From the NCBI GenBank assembly GCA_964035545.1, contig OZ037771.1, forward strand, positions 11,598,480 through 11,662,479: a stretch of 64,000 nt of DNA. The letters are read 5' to 3'. A program made the translations under genes and the position numbers. Shown here piece after piece: positions 23,082-36,411 of this stretch (its first letter is position 1; each line of letters starts with the position of its first letter). Origin of the DNA: Bugula neritina (taxonomy: Eukaryota > Animalia > Bryozoa). The notes under the pieces were generated by a model that made no database searches, was not told where the DNA came from, and saw only the letters and a list, made by a program, of their open reading frames with translations.

Positions 23082-26000
23082 ATGGAGATGACTGATTTTA
23101 TCCAAGTAAGTTACAAATATACTTTTTATATTATACCTGTGTATAATCAGCTATACCTTTTCAAGAATGGTAGAATTGAAGAAAAGTAATAGCTTTGATC
23201 GTGTGTAATAAGACTTGTATCTTATTCGCTGTTAATTATCAGCTGTCATATTCTGTTTCCAGCTGTTTAAACTACAAACTGTCATTGTGTAGCTATGCTA
23301 GGCATAGCCTAGAGCCACACGGTGCGTATTTTCGCATGCGAAAATTGAAATCACAAGAAGCAAAGGTGTCCACTGTGCGCGTTGAGAAAACCTTCGCACT
23401 TGTCGCTCTGCATTTTCAACGCAAGTGCGAATCGTCTCTGTCGTCGTCACATAATTGGCTGGTAGCTATTCAGCGAGCCCAATTTCTTTATTTAGTACTA
23501 TATTCCAGTAAATTGCGTTTTATTGAAAGCGAGTGCGATTTAAAAATGAAAGCTTTATTTATAACGCATCACTGACGCTACAGTGGACGCCTTTGCTACC
23601 CGTGATTTTAATTTTCGCATGCGAAAATACGCACAGTGTGGCCCTAGGCTTACTGCTAGTGAGAATATAGTCTTGTAACGATATAATAAAACTTTGCTGT
23701 ATTTGTGGATAGTCAAATAAGATGCTAGTATACCAGTAGAGTGGACTTTATTCAAATTTCCGGCCACAGCCCAGTAGTGCATTTGTCTATTAAAGGTATC
23801 TACTACACCAGAATCTGTATGAAGTATTTTCAGCCTTTTTTTATGCTTTTTTTGATGTCTAATTGGAAAAAGTTGACATTTTAAACTCAACGTTGTTATT
23901 CCACTCTTCTCCGGTTTAAATAAGTAATCAGTCTTTTACCACTTACTATGCTTTTTTGTAGATTGATGAAAAAAATGCTAAGCTCTGCAACCTATTGCTT
24001 GTAGGAGTGGTAGTAGGAGTAGCATGTGTATTGATCTGGAAAAGATACTGGTCAGAGTCAAGTATGTAAATAAGTCTATATTTTCAACCCCATCGATAAT
24101 ATTAATTGAAATGAAAATGAAGACTTACTAAACTTTTAGTAAAAATGTATTTGATTTTTTCATTAAAAGACACATAATAATACTTTAGAAAGAGCTCCAA
24201 TAAAATATTAGCTATAAAGCAGGCTATGGTTTCTTCCAGTTTTCTCAACCATTCAGAGTGGAAAGTTAAGCTACTTTTAATTTTTGACTGACTAGTGAAA
24301 ATGTTTCTGGCCAGCTGGTATTAAATTAACAGACATGAGCTCAGCCAATATTTGTCTACAATAACCCATTGTATCTTTATGACTGCACATAGTACAGCAT
24401 AGTTAATCTTCTCCAATCAACAATTTATCTAGGAAGAAATGTAGCAAATGGGTTTTCATATTATAGTCATATGAATCCAGAATTTTAGCCATTAATGTAG
24501 TTATACCGTTAAATGCACAACTAGATTGGTACTAGTCTAATTTCCAAGATGTTGAGATTAACTTATTAGCTCATTTATAATTAGCCTTGCTTTCACAATT
24601 AAATAAAACTTGATGGGTATTAGCATTAGTTTTATGCCATGAAGAAAAATTAAAGGGGCAGATCGTGAGTAGCCGCTAGGCTATTAGATGTACCTTTTCA
24701 CATGAGATGAACTTTAGTGAAGGAGACAATGTTAACATTTTTGATTAGCTTTTTCATGCATTTATCAAGGTACATTTGTTATTTTCGTCACAATTTCAGC
24801 AGTACCCACAATTAACCTAAGACCACAAAGAGCGAAGTTGATTTCTGTGTGTCTAGCCAAGGAACTAGGTGGTGACCGTCTGCACCCCATCCAATCCGAG
24901 TACGAGGCAGCAAGTTTAGACCTGTTTGGTTTAACAACGGAAAATCGTTTAATATATGACTTGAATCTGTACTCTGTTTTTAGAAAGACAACTTTTGTAC
25001 AAAAGGTAATTGGCATGATTGATGACCTTGAAGATGCTAAAGCATGTTATCAGAGTGAAAAATAATTCACACTAACTAATTTAAATTTACATTTACATAT
25101 AAAATGGTATAGTTTTCACATTTAATTTTGGGGTAAATCTAGCTGTAGTATTACAACTTCATGATTTTAATGATTTTTGTGAGATCAGCTATTTCATCAA
25201 TATAGTCAATCAACCTCTCTAGCACTTTTTTATAATTGACAATGCTTGAGAAGAGGCATCGCTGGTGTTAAACGAGTTTCCAAAAAGCACCCGTTAGAAC
25301 TCAAAATTTTTAGTGCAAAACATAAGTGTGATTTAAAATATAGAATAACTATTAAACTAACATTATAAGCAATTAATATTTCAAGATTTAAAATTCAATT
25401 TTATAATCAATAATTTAAGAACTAAAGCTGCTTTTTAGCAAAGCATCCAACAGAAGTCTAACATTTATATTTGAGTTAGGAGTTGAGCAAATTATTATCC
25501 ACGATTATTTTGCAGAACCCATCGACACATGACACAACATATCTGTCTGGAAGAAATTGTGAATTAAAGGGGAGTTTAACTGCTGACTTAGCTGCTCGAA
25601 TATTTGACAACTACAATGCAAGTGCTTGTGGGCGCATCACAGTAGAGTTGAAAGCAAACTTTGACCGCTTTCAACTGGATAAAGTGAATGAAAGTTTTCT
25701 TGGAGATTACGTAGAACATAGGTGAGAGCTAACTTGCTAAATGGCCAGCATAACAAATACACTTTTACTGAATGAAATATATTAGACTGCTTTAGAAGTT
25801 TAAATTGAACCCAAAAATAAATCATTTTAACATAAACTCTCCTCTAACTATTCTAAAAAAATAAATTCTATATAATATTGGCAATGGAATAGTGAAGGTC
25901 AATAAAGCCTTTCTCTGCTTTATAAAATGTTATTTGAAACACAGACATTTTTTTTAGCAATTTATAATTTTTAAAAAAGTTATTTCACTAAAAATTTAAT

Positions 26001-29000
26001 ATAACTGTGATTTCCTTTAAACCTAATTTAGAAAAAAAAATTTATCCCGCAAACTATATAGTATGCTGATTATTTTTATTTTGTTATATAATCTAGTGAA
26101 ATAAAAAAAGATCACCACCTAATTAAAAAGGCATTTGCTGGTGAAGAAAAGTTGTACGTTATCACTGGAGTAGTGCGGACAACCACACCAACTGAAGTCT
26201 ATCTCAACTGGGATCTTAAAAAATGTCAGCCCTCTCAGGTTTGAAGCACACATTTCCAAGCTATCTATATTATTTTATTTGTATTCAGCAGCTGCTATTA
26301 TCTTATTGTAACCTTATGGTTTGATATTGCAGTTGTGAGTGGTAAAGCAATAATTGTATATTTGCCAGCTTCAAAATGCTGGCTTGCGCTTAGTTTTGGT
26401 TACAAATGAGTCACTGACACTAAAAGCAGATTTTCTAGAAGGGTATAAATGAAACATTATTTTCGTATTTTCTACTTGAAATAGTTATTGAGTCATTTTA
26501 CTTAAATTAGTACACAGTATATATCTAGCTTTTAGCTATTTTTCACAATTTAGCGGCTATAATGTATATATAGTTTCTTGTATTAAACTAATAAAATATT
26601 AACAAGTACAGCTGAATAATTAGGACATTTTCTAATTTTGATTAATTTTCTACGTTTGTTGTTCCTAATATTTTAGTAAATTTCATGTCTGATGCTTTTT
26701 TCACACCCAAGGTAACTGAAAAATTAAGAAAAAACATGGAAAATCAAGCAAAATTAGAAAACAACCTTGCTTATTTGTTTGTATTTGTTAATATTTCATC
26801 AGTTTCATGCAATAAACTGTACACATTAGCAGCTAAAATTGAAAAAAATAGCTAAAAACTAGATATATATTATATACATGTATATAGTGTCTACTAAATT
26901 AAGTACAATGACCCTATTGATAATCAGAGATTTATTTTTGAAATTATCATCTATTCGCAGGATGTGTTGAAATGCAAAAAAAATTTTGCAGTTCATATAT
27001 GTCTTGGTGATTTCAGCATCCTAACCCCATTGCACAGCTTTTGCAGTTGCAATGCGCACACCTTTTGAAAATACACTACAAGCAGTTTCTTGTATGAAGC
27101 AGATTAGGGCTGTGGAATTTTGTAGTCCCTGTTATATTAATTCAAAGTAATAGACACTAAAGCCACATTGGTTCATTAAACTAGATAATTTTCAAACATA
27201 ACAGTATTTAATTGAGAACTAGAACTTGCTGATTCAATAAGCCCAAATTTTACAAGATGTATTTTATTGCAACTTTATTTTGCTATATATAGGAACGTAA
27301 GAATGAGGGAGAAACTATAACAAGCAACCAGTCTAGAAATGAGGGCATGCAAGTCAGTGGGGGATTGAGCTACAGAGAAAATAGGAAAGATTTAAACATA
27401 AATTATGATAGTATTCATTGGCGAAAAATATATCTTGAAGCAGGAACAGTGGTGGCATATGAACACATCCCTTTAAAGGAGTTGTGTGGTATGTTTCTAC
27501 AATGTGGTAAGTAAAAGCTATGCATTATTAGACTTGAAATCTGCAACAACTTGCAACAAATTTTCTGTCCAGCAACAACTTTTCTGTGCAACATAATTAT
27601 TGTGCTTCTAGATGCTTTTTTGAATTTGAATGTTTTGCTGATATGGGTTTCTTAAATGAAATGCTAACAGAAGTTCCAATTGGTCACACTCTATAACTCA
27701 AGCTAATGCTTTTACACGTTTAGTTAGGTACATATAGGACTTTTATTACCAAGTCGAGTAATTAATAATAATAATCAAATGATACCATAATACATAAATG
27801 CGTTAGGAGATGAAATTAAAATTATTCAAAAATAGCTGATGGGCAACTGGGTAGAAGTTGGAAAGCCTTTCCATTGAAACAGATGACTAAAATCAGGCAA
27901 TATGTGGGTAAGATCTGGCAAAAGCAAGCTCCACAAGAAAACATCCAACAAGGTAAGGGAAATTGTTCAGAAACTAACTTAAAGATTGGAGAGGCTTAAA
28001 TAAACTGTTAAAGGACATAGGTAATCAGAAAAGAAATTATTTTGAAGTTTTAAGGCACAAAATCTCAAATTCAAACATGGTAAACATAATGAACTCACCG
28101 AATTAAGTAAAAAACATTTTATGTGATGACTAGGTGATTAATTGCTGATAATCAAGTAATTTTACTATAATCAATAAGGATATAAATGGGGCCTATCCAG
28201 GTTATAGGACATTAGTTTTCACTTGCTAGCTGGAATGCAGAGTAAAACTTGAAAAATTCAAGTATAGCAAACAAATTTTTGTAACAAAAGTTGGTGCAAA
28301 GAAATGCAGGCCTGCATGTTCTATAATATACTTGGTTATTTTGTAGATATCACTACGGTTAACACCACAACAAATGATGGTGAGTTACTTCAACTTAATA
28401 TTATATCAGTTTTAGAGCTACTATTTATTTTCATGAGTTAATATCTGGTCTCATTGTGTTTTGATGAGAATTATCAGAATTTGCATATTATTTCTTACAA
28501 GCTTACTAACCATAAATACTTATATACATGTGTCTCCAATTTTGTATTCGGTGTTTATATCTTTTCAAACATGCTAAAATTTAATTTTTCTGCTCTATAT
28601 CAGCAACATGCAATACTATGACATCACATACACTGGTTATATATCACTGCAGACTAACAACACACACACTCCTATATCAAATTGATACTGTAAAACAAGG
28701 CAATGCCAATTGAATGCATGGATGTTTGTGCAAGTATATTTTACTAAAACGCATTTTCCAACTAATTACCATTTGTCTACAATACTACAACTTCCGCAGT
28801 GCATGAAGCACCTGATATTTCGCAACTTTTATAACTCTGCAAGAAACTGTAGTATTGTGTTTATAATATTTTAGGTGATGTCACCAATGACACAGCACTA
28901 GACTCTTCAGCTGCTGCTTATCTCTCAGGTCCTGGCTCTGATGATCAGCTACATGTAGGAAATGACACTGCAGGTACTAATCAGCCAAGCATTGGCCTAA

Positions 29001-29008
29001 AGCTATGA
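23082..29008 (+). CDS. Gasdermin-like pore-forming protein with N-terminal transmembrane segment and short C-terminal tail (~346-352 aa, 8 exons)
   Basis: Exons 23082-23105, 23962-24061, 24800-25005, 25516-25721, 26097-26238, 27293-27488 (or 27506), 28347-28379, 28875-29008. All GT-AG, phases join into one ORF. Colinear gasdermin N-domain motifs: [37 protein letters not shown]...[65 protein letters not shown] at ~29287. Confidence 0.82.
23307..23649. mobile_element. PIF/Harbinger-type MITE, copy in gasdermin-like intron 1
   Basis: TIRs gcctag(a/g)gccacac..tgcgtattttcgcatgcgaaaatt / aattttcgcatgcgaaaatacgcacagtgtggccctaggc; flanks ATA/TTA; closely similar to 34786-35129. Confidence 0.88.
26490..26914. 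mobile_element. Degenerate long-TIR MITE in gasdermin-like intron 5
   Basis: Arms ~26490-26610 and ~26775-26914 are imperfect reverse complements; termini gagtcatt / aatgaccc(ta) resemble the element at 13680-14319. Confidence 0.6.
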
Positions 29009-31220
29009 TGAATTGTAACTTTTAAAGTTTACTTGCGTTGACACATGAGCTGCAATAATACTTGATTGTATATCAACTTTCTCTCTCTTCAAGTTACGGA
29101 TATGGGAAATTTATTCTGTTTCTGTTAGTTTCAAACTACAGAGTTGAAAACTTCAGTTGAATTATAGCAGCTTTCTCTAACATATGCTTTGACTTGACTG
29201 TTGTTTCTGAAACTTATGTGTAGCTCAACATGTAACCAACTGCTCTAATTTGTTATTCAGGAACTTCACATTCCTGGTTAGGCAATAATAAATATTTGTC
29301 TGCTGACAATTGTTAGGGGGAGGAAACAACGCTGTGTTAACAGGAAGTAGTAAGCCTGTTCAAGTATCTGGCTCAATATGACAGAATTAAATATTGCGGA
29401 TAATTTCTAGTAGTCTTGAAACTTGACTTGCAATGAGACATACAACTGTGTATGAGCTGAATCAAACTACCAGACTATTGCAATAGCTTATTATTTAATT
29501 TCATATTAATTTCACTTCTGTCATATTAGTCATACAAAATTATAGTATTGAATTAAATTAATGTGACGTACTTCTGTTTTAAATAGTATGCCTACAGCTA
29601 TATAGTTACTAGTCACATCCTTATGTTTACCAGATTTATATTCCATTTATAATATTTTTAAAAACTCCTACGCGGTTTTCATAATTTTGTGTCATTTGAA
29701 ACTTTCAAACCATGAATGTAGCAGTGACCCTTTATCTTCTAAACTATCATGAAAAGAAAGATTAATTAGTCAATTTTCTACAAAGAGGATGGTTCACCCA
29801 ATAAACCTACATAATATTATTAGATTTATTATAGCATAGCAAATCTACATTATTATTGCATTGTATTCGTGTCTAAAATATTAAGTAGTGCAACTGCAAT
29901 ACCCCTGCAAACTTAATATATATTTAATCTTGCATCAGTGGCATTTTAACTCTATCACATAAACATATAACTACTCCTCAGTAGTTCATTGTGTACTTAG
30001 CTCAGTGTAGAATTGATAAATAACATGACTACTGCTATCAATGAAGAGCTCCTAGCTTATGAAACTCGAAACACAATGTATTAAAATATTATGTATTCAA
30101 TTGTTGTGGCAAACTTATAGAATGATGTAAATGAAGTCTTATTGAAATTTTCCAAATTTCTTCATGCAGCTTGAAGTTCTAAAATAGCACAAAAATGACA
30201 AAAGTTTTACTATGGTTAGTTCACCAACTACTTTTTTAATTTGGATATTTGGTAATTGTCGCCCCTGTCCGTCGAATATAAGTTAGCCAAATTTTATTAA
30301 CAAACTACAGTTTGTATAAATAAGAATAAAAAAGTTTGAAAGCTACAATTTATTATTAGAATAATGCTTTATAAAACAAATACTTTTATAAATTCAACTA
30401 TATTAGACTTTCACACACACACCTACATATATCTGCGCTTTATAATGGGGGTTTTCCTTAAGTTGAAGGGAAACACCTATTCTGTGCAATATAACTACAC
30501 AACAATAATCCTGATTAGTTTGTTTTAAAATAATTGTTTATACTTTATTACAACTGATTTAGCACATTTCAGGTAAAGTAGGAAATGCAGAGACGAATAA
30601 CTGTTAAATATAGAGCTTTGCTTAACCTTGTCATAGCATATCTTAGAAGTGTAGATATGCTAGGGACGTGGCTAATCAAGACATAGTTATCGATTATTAG
30701 GTATTGAATTAGGAGAGAAGACTTTAGGAGACTATTGTAATCTCCAACTCAATGATACTAACTGATATCCTAAACCAATGTTACTTGCAATTCATTATGT
30801 TGGTCATTATTACATGTTACATGGTAACACAACTCCCATCATGACAAACTCCTTAATTAATCAATAGTTGATTTATAATTATAAATTTATTTTTACACAT
30901 TGAAAAAATAAGGTATTGTAATTACTGAAATAACAAAACTAAAGAGAAGAATAATTTACATTTGTAAATATAAAATAAAAAAAAAGAACATATTATTTTA
31001 CTTTTGCACATCGTAATTAGCATTTGTACAAAAAATCAGATAGTAACATACATTTGCAACTTTCAACAAAGTTTACTAGATAACAATAATACGTAGGAAA
31101 TATGCTTTGTGACTTTGATATAGAGAAGTCAGTGGTAACTCAACTAGTACAGTAGATGAGTCATTGTCATTACAGAATATAACTTGAGTATTCAAGAGTA
31201 TACATGAATCTGAGTTATAT

Positions 31221-34200
31221 TCAGTTGAGTTGGTAAAACAACACCTTCTCCTCACTATATCTCGGTACAATCAAAGTATTCCCAGAAACATACAAATCAT
31301 AGACAGGAGATGAAGATCTTTCAGTAGAATCAGAAATATGAGTCACAACTTCTCCTGCAATAAAACAGTGTAAATTAATACAATATATCAGTTAGACTTA
31401 TAAAGCATTATACAGGGAGCATTACAAATAGAGAGCACAACTTCCCAGTATATCACAGCGCAATATAAACTGTGCTGAGCTACAACAGTATGCCTATAAT
31501 GTAGTTGGAGTATATATATATTATATCGTGTAGTTAGAGTAGTAGTAGTTAGTCTGGTAGTTAGAATACAATGGTACTAACATATTATGTAAAGATCTCA
31601 CCTGTATTACTATCCAGTAACCAGAGAGTAGGTGTAGTACTATTATTCATCACATAAACCATTCCTCTCTGATACGCCACACCTTGAGGTTCACTCACGT
31701 GTTGAGACTCCCAACAGCTTTTGCCGTTCGAAATGTCAAGTTTAAAGACTCGGGAGGAGTCAGTGTCAGATATAACAACATAGTTAGTCTCCACACTGCA
31801 GATAGCTGTAGCTCCAGAACCAGTCAGTAGAGGACAAGGGAGGCTTTTCTGTACCTCCCCGGTAAAAGAATAGAAAGTGAGTGACTTACTATCACCACTA
31901 GGGACTATAATCAGATCATTCGTTACTGCTAGTTTGTTGCACCAACCTTTGCTGTTGCCAGACCACTTGGTAACTAAATTCCCAGACAAGTCATGGACAC
32001 AGACTGTATAGTTACTATCAGCCACTAAACTGACTACTCTGTCATTAAATACTCTCACACATTCTACAAAGCTATTAAATTTGGTAAGGAAATCACCTAA
32101 TCGGTATTCTCTATGGATCAGTTTTACTGTTTTATCATCTAACCCCACATAAGTGATACCCTCATGTTGAAATACTGAGTTACACTGTGATGAGACATCC
32201 ACAGTGTGGGACAAAGTCATAGACTGAGGGACAAAACCAGTAGTTTTCAATCCATGTGATACACTAACTTCTTCATACTGTGGGTAGACAATTCCTACTT
32301 CAACTTCTCTCTTTTCGTCTAAAGTTTAAGAGATATTAACCTATGGTAGTTCAATATTAATGAGCATTTATACTTATACAAAGAGTAGTTACTGAAGGAT
32401 TAATTTACAAAAGTTGCAAGTTTGGATCGCTAGGATGTGAAACTTTTATATCATATAATAGCCGAGATAGTTATGCATTTACTAGTAAGATTTGTCCTAC
32501 CATGTGTGAAAAATGAAAAAAGACATTTGAAAAAAAGCTACCAGTCTGAGAATTGCATAAAATTTGTATTCATAAATTTATGAGTATGATAGCGTCATGT
32601 GTGTAAAAGCCAAAAAGGACACTTCAGAGAAAGCCATTGGCATAAAAACTATAAAATTACTATGAAAAATCATTTAAATACCATTTTACTAACCTTTGAC
32701 TTTCAGAGTTGCTATGTTACGCAGTTTAAGTGAAGGTAGATTATCAGACACCAACTTTCTCATACTGTCACATATTTCTTCATACCTGGTCACCAGATCT
32801 ACCTGTATGTGTACTAATCATAGTAAATTATAAGATATAAACACATTCATGGTATTATAATTAGTGGTATGTAATACATATATAATAATAATATCAATTC
32901 CTAGGAGGAATTTCTCATTTCAAAATAAAATTATGATAAAATTTCCAATTGATATAACTGACTGCAAAATAACATGTAGAGATCATCTTTTGAATTTGAT
33001 TAACTATTCCACAGGAACTTGTGAAGACAAAATATCAGCTTTACTTGTCATATTTACAATAAACTATAAATATATTTTTACATGCAGTAATACACAGTTG
33101 ACTCGCAACAATACAGGAAAATTACTAAGTTAACACAACAATAATATTTATTACTTAGAATTTAAAGCCAACACATTACATTGGTAATAGAGCACCTGGT
33201 GGCAGCTGTCAAGTTTAGCCTCTACTTGAAGTTTATGTCTACTCAGCTCTGCCCATTTCACTCCAACATTTTCCTCCATGAAACGAAGTAGATCAGATTT
33301 CACAGTCTGTCTCAGTTCCACTAAATCCTCTTCTAACTTCCTGTACTTCATCTGTATTGCTTCCACCTAATAATGAATATAACAGTCAGGCTATGCTGTG
33401 GTAAGAGTAGTAAAGTAAAGCAAAATGTGTATTACCACAGCCATAATCATGCCATATATCAAAAAAGCCGATGAAAAAAGAAAGGGTAAAATTTGAGGTG
33501 AAGGAAATGTTCCTCATTAAATATATTTTATATACAACAGAATTTGATGAATGGTAATAATCTATTACTTTGCGTCAGTATTTACTGAAAAACTACTTTG
33601 GCAAATTACACACTATTTTAGATATAAAATATAGATTAACTAGAACTAAAAAGGCACTTTCCAAGCAGCATTTAACTATATAATGTAGATTATATATAGA
33701 TTTGTCATACTACAATATAGTCCAGTTTGATGTTCAGTAGTAAAATCAGTAGTAAATCTATGGCTTTAGACACCTTCAGAGCACCTGTTCCACTGACTAC
33801 GAATGCGAAATTTGACAGGGCATGGCAAACTTGTCACATGCAATAAACAACCAGTGAATGACACACTGGATTAATACACCCTTTTCACAAGTCCCTCTAG
33901 GGCAGGGCTGCCCAACAGGTGGCCCCGGAGGCGAATGTGACCCCCAGCCTACTTTTATTATATGGCCCTCAAAAGCATAAAACTAAAAATAGCTTTCACA
34001 GTATACATTAATTAAAGTAAAAGAACTACATTTCAAATTAGTTCTTTCAACAACATATGGATATAGCAGAATGCTTGTAGCTAACAACCTAAATCCCACA
34101 AAAAGAGTGCATTGATAATCATCAAGGAGTCTCCAATGTAAAGTTCAGACTTCCACTTCACTATTACCATACGATTAGCATGTAACAGGATGACGTAATT

Positions 34201-36411
34201 TTATTATATAAAATTAATGAAACGATTTCTAATTATTCAACTTCCTGTGAGACATTATCAACCAATTACTATCCAATCCAGTCTAACCTGTTCAATACAA
34301 GTCTTCCGGAGTGTTCCAATCATCTCCTTCGTCTCTTTTTCAAAATTCGACACAACTTCAGATGTTTTCTTGAATAAACTGGAGAGTTGTTCTTCCCTGT
34401 CAGTTACTTGAACTTTCAACTCATCAATTTCTGTTCTTAGTTTCAACATTAGCATGTCTAGAGACATGAGTTGATGGTTCGATCCTACAGCAGATATTAG
34501 TAAGAAATGATAACAGCATTAAAGTATTAATAGCTGTAACCTAACTGTCCATACCTTTGCCAACATAATTATAAACAAGTTTAAACTATACAATCTAGTA
34601 CCAAAGCAATAATTGAACACCAGCATCTAAATGGAATTATCATTTCAATTGATTACTAATCTGAAATTGGCCACTTAATCGATGACAAAACAAAAACTTT
34701 GAGAAGTAGCTTTTACTCGGTGAAATTTTCAACTCGGTCAAATTGAATTTCTGACTGAAAACCGTGACGGTATAAAACACTGTTAGCCTAGGGCCACACG
34801 GTGCGTATTTTCGCATGCGAAAATTGAAATCACAAGTAGCAAAGGTGTCCACTGTACACGTTGAGAAAACATTCGCACTTGTCGCTCAGCATTCTCAACG
34901 CAAGTGCGAATCGTCTCTGTCGTCGTCACCTAATTGGCTGGTAGTTATTCAGCGAGGCCAACTTCTTTATTTTAGTGCTACATTCCAGTAAATTGCGTTT
35001 TATTGAAAGCGAGTGCGATTTAAAAATGAAAGCTTTATTTATCACGCGTCACTGACGCTACAGTGGACACCTTTGCTACTAAGGATTTCAATTATCGCAT
35101 GCGAAAATACGAACAGTGTGGCCCTAGGCTTAGTGCTAAAAATCAACAAAGATGGTCTCACAACTCCCAATATTATTGAAATGTCATATAAAACAAGATG
35201 TCTAACAGACTCCTACCATCAGTACAATTAGATTCTTCAGCTGAACACTCTGCACACACAACAGAGAGACAACTCCTACAAGCCAGACTATACTCTGTAT
35301 TCTTATGTACAGTGCAGAATCTTGGTGTTAGTTGTTGAGCTTTTAGTCTGTATTCACTGATAGGAATTGTAGAGTGGTTCATACTTAGGTCTTCATGCAT
35401 CTAAAACATACTAATTATGATATAAAATATTGTCTTTTACTTTCAAACACATAGAAATTGTCTGCTCTGAAGTAACAAAAATAGCTGAGTTATAATTATT
35501 TTGCTTTTGCAGTGTTGCACTACTAGATTGAGTGAGTGTTACTGCATAAACCAGAAAAAGGCTCTTAATTAGACAGTTATGCCAAAAACTTAATCAGATT
35601 GAACAGAAAAATGAAAAACCTGATCCCACTGTTTTGCATAGTGCTGCCTAAACAGATATATTTCATTGAAATGAAAGCAAACTTCTGTCATCTGTGTTAT
35701 TTGTCTTGTAGCTGACTTTATTCATCAGCTCATGCTTCTGCTTTTTCTATGACAATAAAACCTAGCTTTGGTTTGTATAAGACAGAGACTAGTAAACATT
35801 TACCTCTTGATGTTTAGCACAATATTTGGCTGAACAAGTTGTACAGTAAGTAACTGCAGCCTCATTTAAAACTCCTTTTTTAGAGCAAGTGTCGCAACAG
35901 GAGTTGTCTACTCTACATGGGAGATTGTTTACTGGAATGTCAAACACTTTTCTATAAGAAAAACAAAATAAATGTGAGATAAAATGAACAGAAGAAAGTT
36001 CTGAAAAAATGGCATACTGCTAAGTTATATCAACAATCTATAACTTTATTATGAAACAGCATACTTCAGCAACTAAATAGTTTTCAGAGAAGTAAAATTT
36101 AAAGTATATATAATACTCAATAGCTTGTTTACTATGTTAGTAATGTATAAAAAATCCGGAAATAATTAAATAATTTTGAAATGCAAATTATTACACATAT
36201 TATAGTATCTGAAAAACGAGTGGATGTCAGACAACCTGACTTGAATGTACCTGCAAAGGGGGCATCTCAAAACACCCTGAATACTGAGATAATCCAACAA
36301 ACAACTGAGACAATGTGAGTGACCACATGGCAAGTATCTGGGGTCATCCATTTTTTCCTCTTTTTTCAAACAAAATCCACATTCTGCTTGATTCTCCACA
36401 GGGTCGGTCAT
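31221..36411 (-). CDS. TRIM-like E3 ligase (RING, two B-boxes, coiled coil, NHL-like beta-propeller), copy A, ~606 aa
   Basis: Exons 36411-36251, 35951-35804, 35400-35217, 34484-34288, 33366-33196, 32802-32694, 32318-31602, 31354-31221 (1821 nt, in frame). RING CGFC..LPCGHSHCLSC..CPLC; B-box1 CDTC..YCTTCSAKYCAKH; B-box2 CTVH..CRSCLSVVCAEC; beta-strand repeats such as EPQGVAY. Confidence 0.88.
33903..34040 (+). mobile_element. Truncated hAT/Charlie-like element end in a TRIM-A intron
   Basis: cagggctgcccaac..ggccc start typical of hAT MITEs; missing from the paralogous intron of copy B; no matching right TIR found. Confidence 0.4.
34786..35129. mobile_element. PIF/Harbinger-type MITE with TTA target-site duplication
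   Basis: TIR gcctagggccacac / gtgtggccctaggc; TTA at 34783-34785 and 35130-35132; empty site cactgttagtgctaaaa in the paralogue at ~53356-53372. Confidence 0.93.

Noticed and set aside
23195-23890. ORFs of 126 and 111 aa containing YFRMRK
   Set aside because: Translations of the palindromic MITE TIRs.
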